Shown: positions 63,690-64,000 of the stretch, one piece after another
How positions within the stretch are numbered: the stretch's first letter is position 1
Layout of the letters: each line of letters begins with the position of its first letter
NCBI GenBank assembly: GCA_013265495.1
Contig: MU058540.1
Location: 2,567,696-2,631,695, forward strand
DNA: 64,000 nucleotides
Direction of reading: 5' to 3'
From: Vicugna vicugna
Lineage: Eukaryota
The notes under the pieces: generated by a model
The model's input: the letters and a program-made list of their open reading frames with translations, nothing else
What the model was told of the DNA's origin: nothing
The model's database searches: none
Position numbers and translations under genes: made by a program

Positions 63690-64000
63690 CTGAGCATTAG
63701 ATTCACCTGGAGAGCTTTGAAAGTGCCTGATGCCCAGCCCACAACTCATGCCAATTAAATCAGAGTCTCGATGTGGAGCTCGGGCAGCTATGGTTCTTAA
63801 AACTCCACAGGTGACTTTAACATGCATCCTACTTTGAGGGTGTGGAGCAGAGTTTCTCACACTTTAATATGCATGCAAATCCTCTAGGGTGTGTGTAAAA
63901 TGGTAAATTCTGATGCCAGCATCTTGGGCTGGGGCCTGAGACATTGCATGTCTGACTAGCTGCCAGATGGTGCTGATGCTGCCAGACTGCGGACCACAGT
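63690..64000. mobile_element. Tandem MER5-like DNA transposon fragments
   Basis: gcattagattcacctggagagcttt...aaactccacaggtgactttaacatgcatcc; gggctggggcctgagacattgcatgtctgac. Confidence 0.55.

Overview
Mammalian genomic DNA, most likely camelid: it carries tRNA-derived Vic-1-like SINEs and young artiodactyl-type L1 3' ends. The region is syntenic with human 6p21.31. Three spliced genes lie on the minus strand. BNIP5/C6orf222 contributes eight coding exons (8119 to 412) and its 3' end runs off the window. ETV7/TEL2 has all eight coding exons (55968 to 40274, 342 codons). PXT1 is represented by its last coding exon (59417-59313). Four observations stand out. (1) A ~3.2 kb insertion (22922-26148) copies the RAB6A 5'UTR, exon 1 and unspliced intron 1. 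It ends in AATAAA plus a decayed poly(A), is flanked by a 15-bp target-site duplication, and splits an old L1, so it looks like a retroposed, intronically polyadenylated pre-mRNA that planted a new CpG island. (2) ETV7 has a single in-frame TAG at codon 195, in a frame-symmetric exon between the PNT and ETS domains. (3) BNIP5 is built from a repeated exon cassette whose paralogous introns each keep an RFX X-box, or a remnant of one, at the same offset. (4) A solo ERV1-type LTR points into the GAS/ISRE-bearing ETV7 promoter. Gene and repeat-family identities come from my recall of the orthologues and consensus sequences, not from database searches. Almost all long ORFs in the supplied track are non-coding artefacts.
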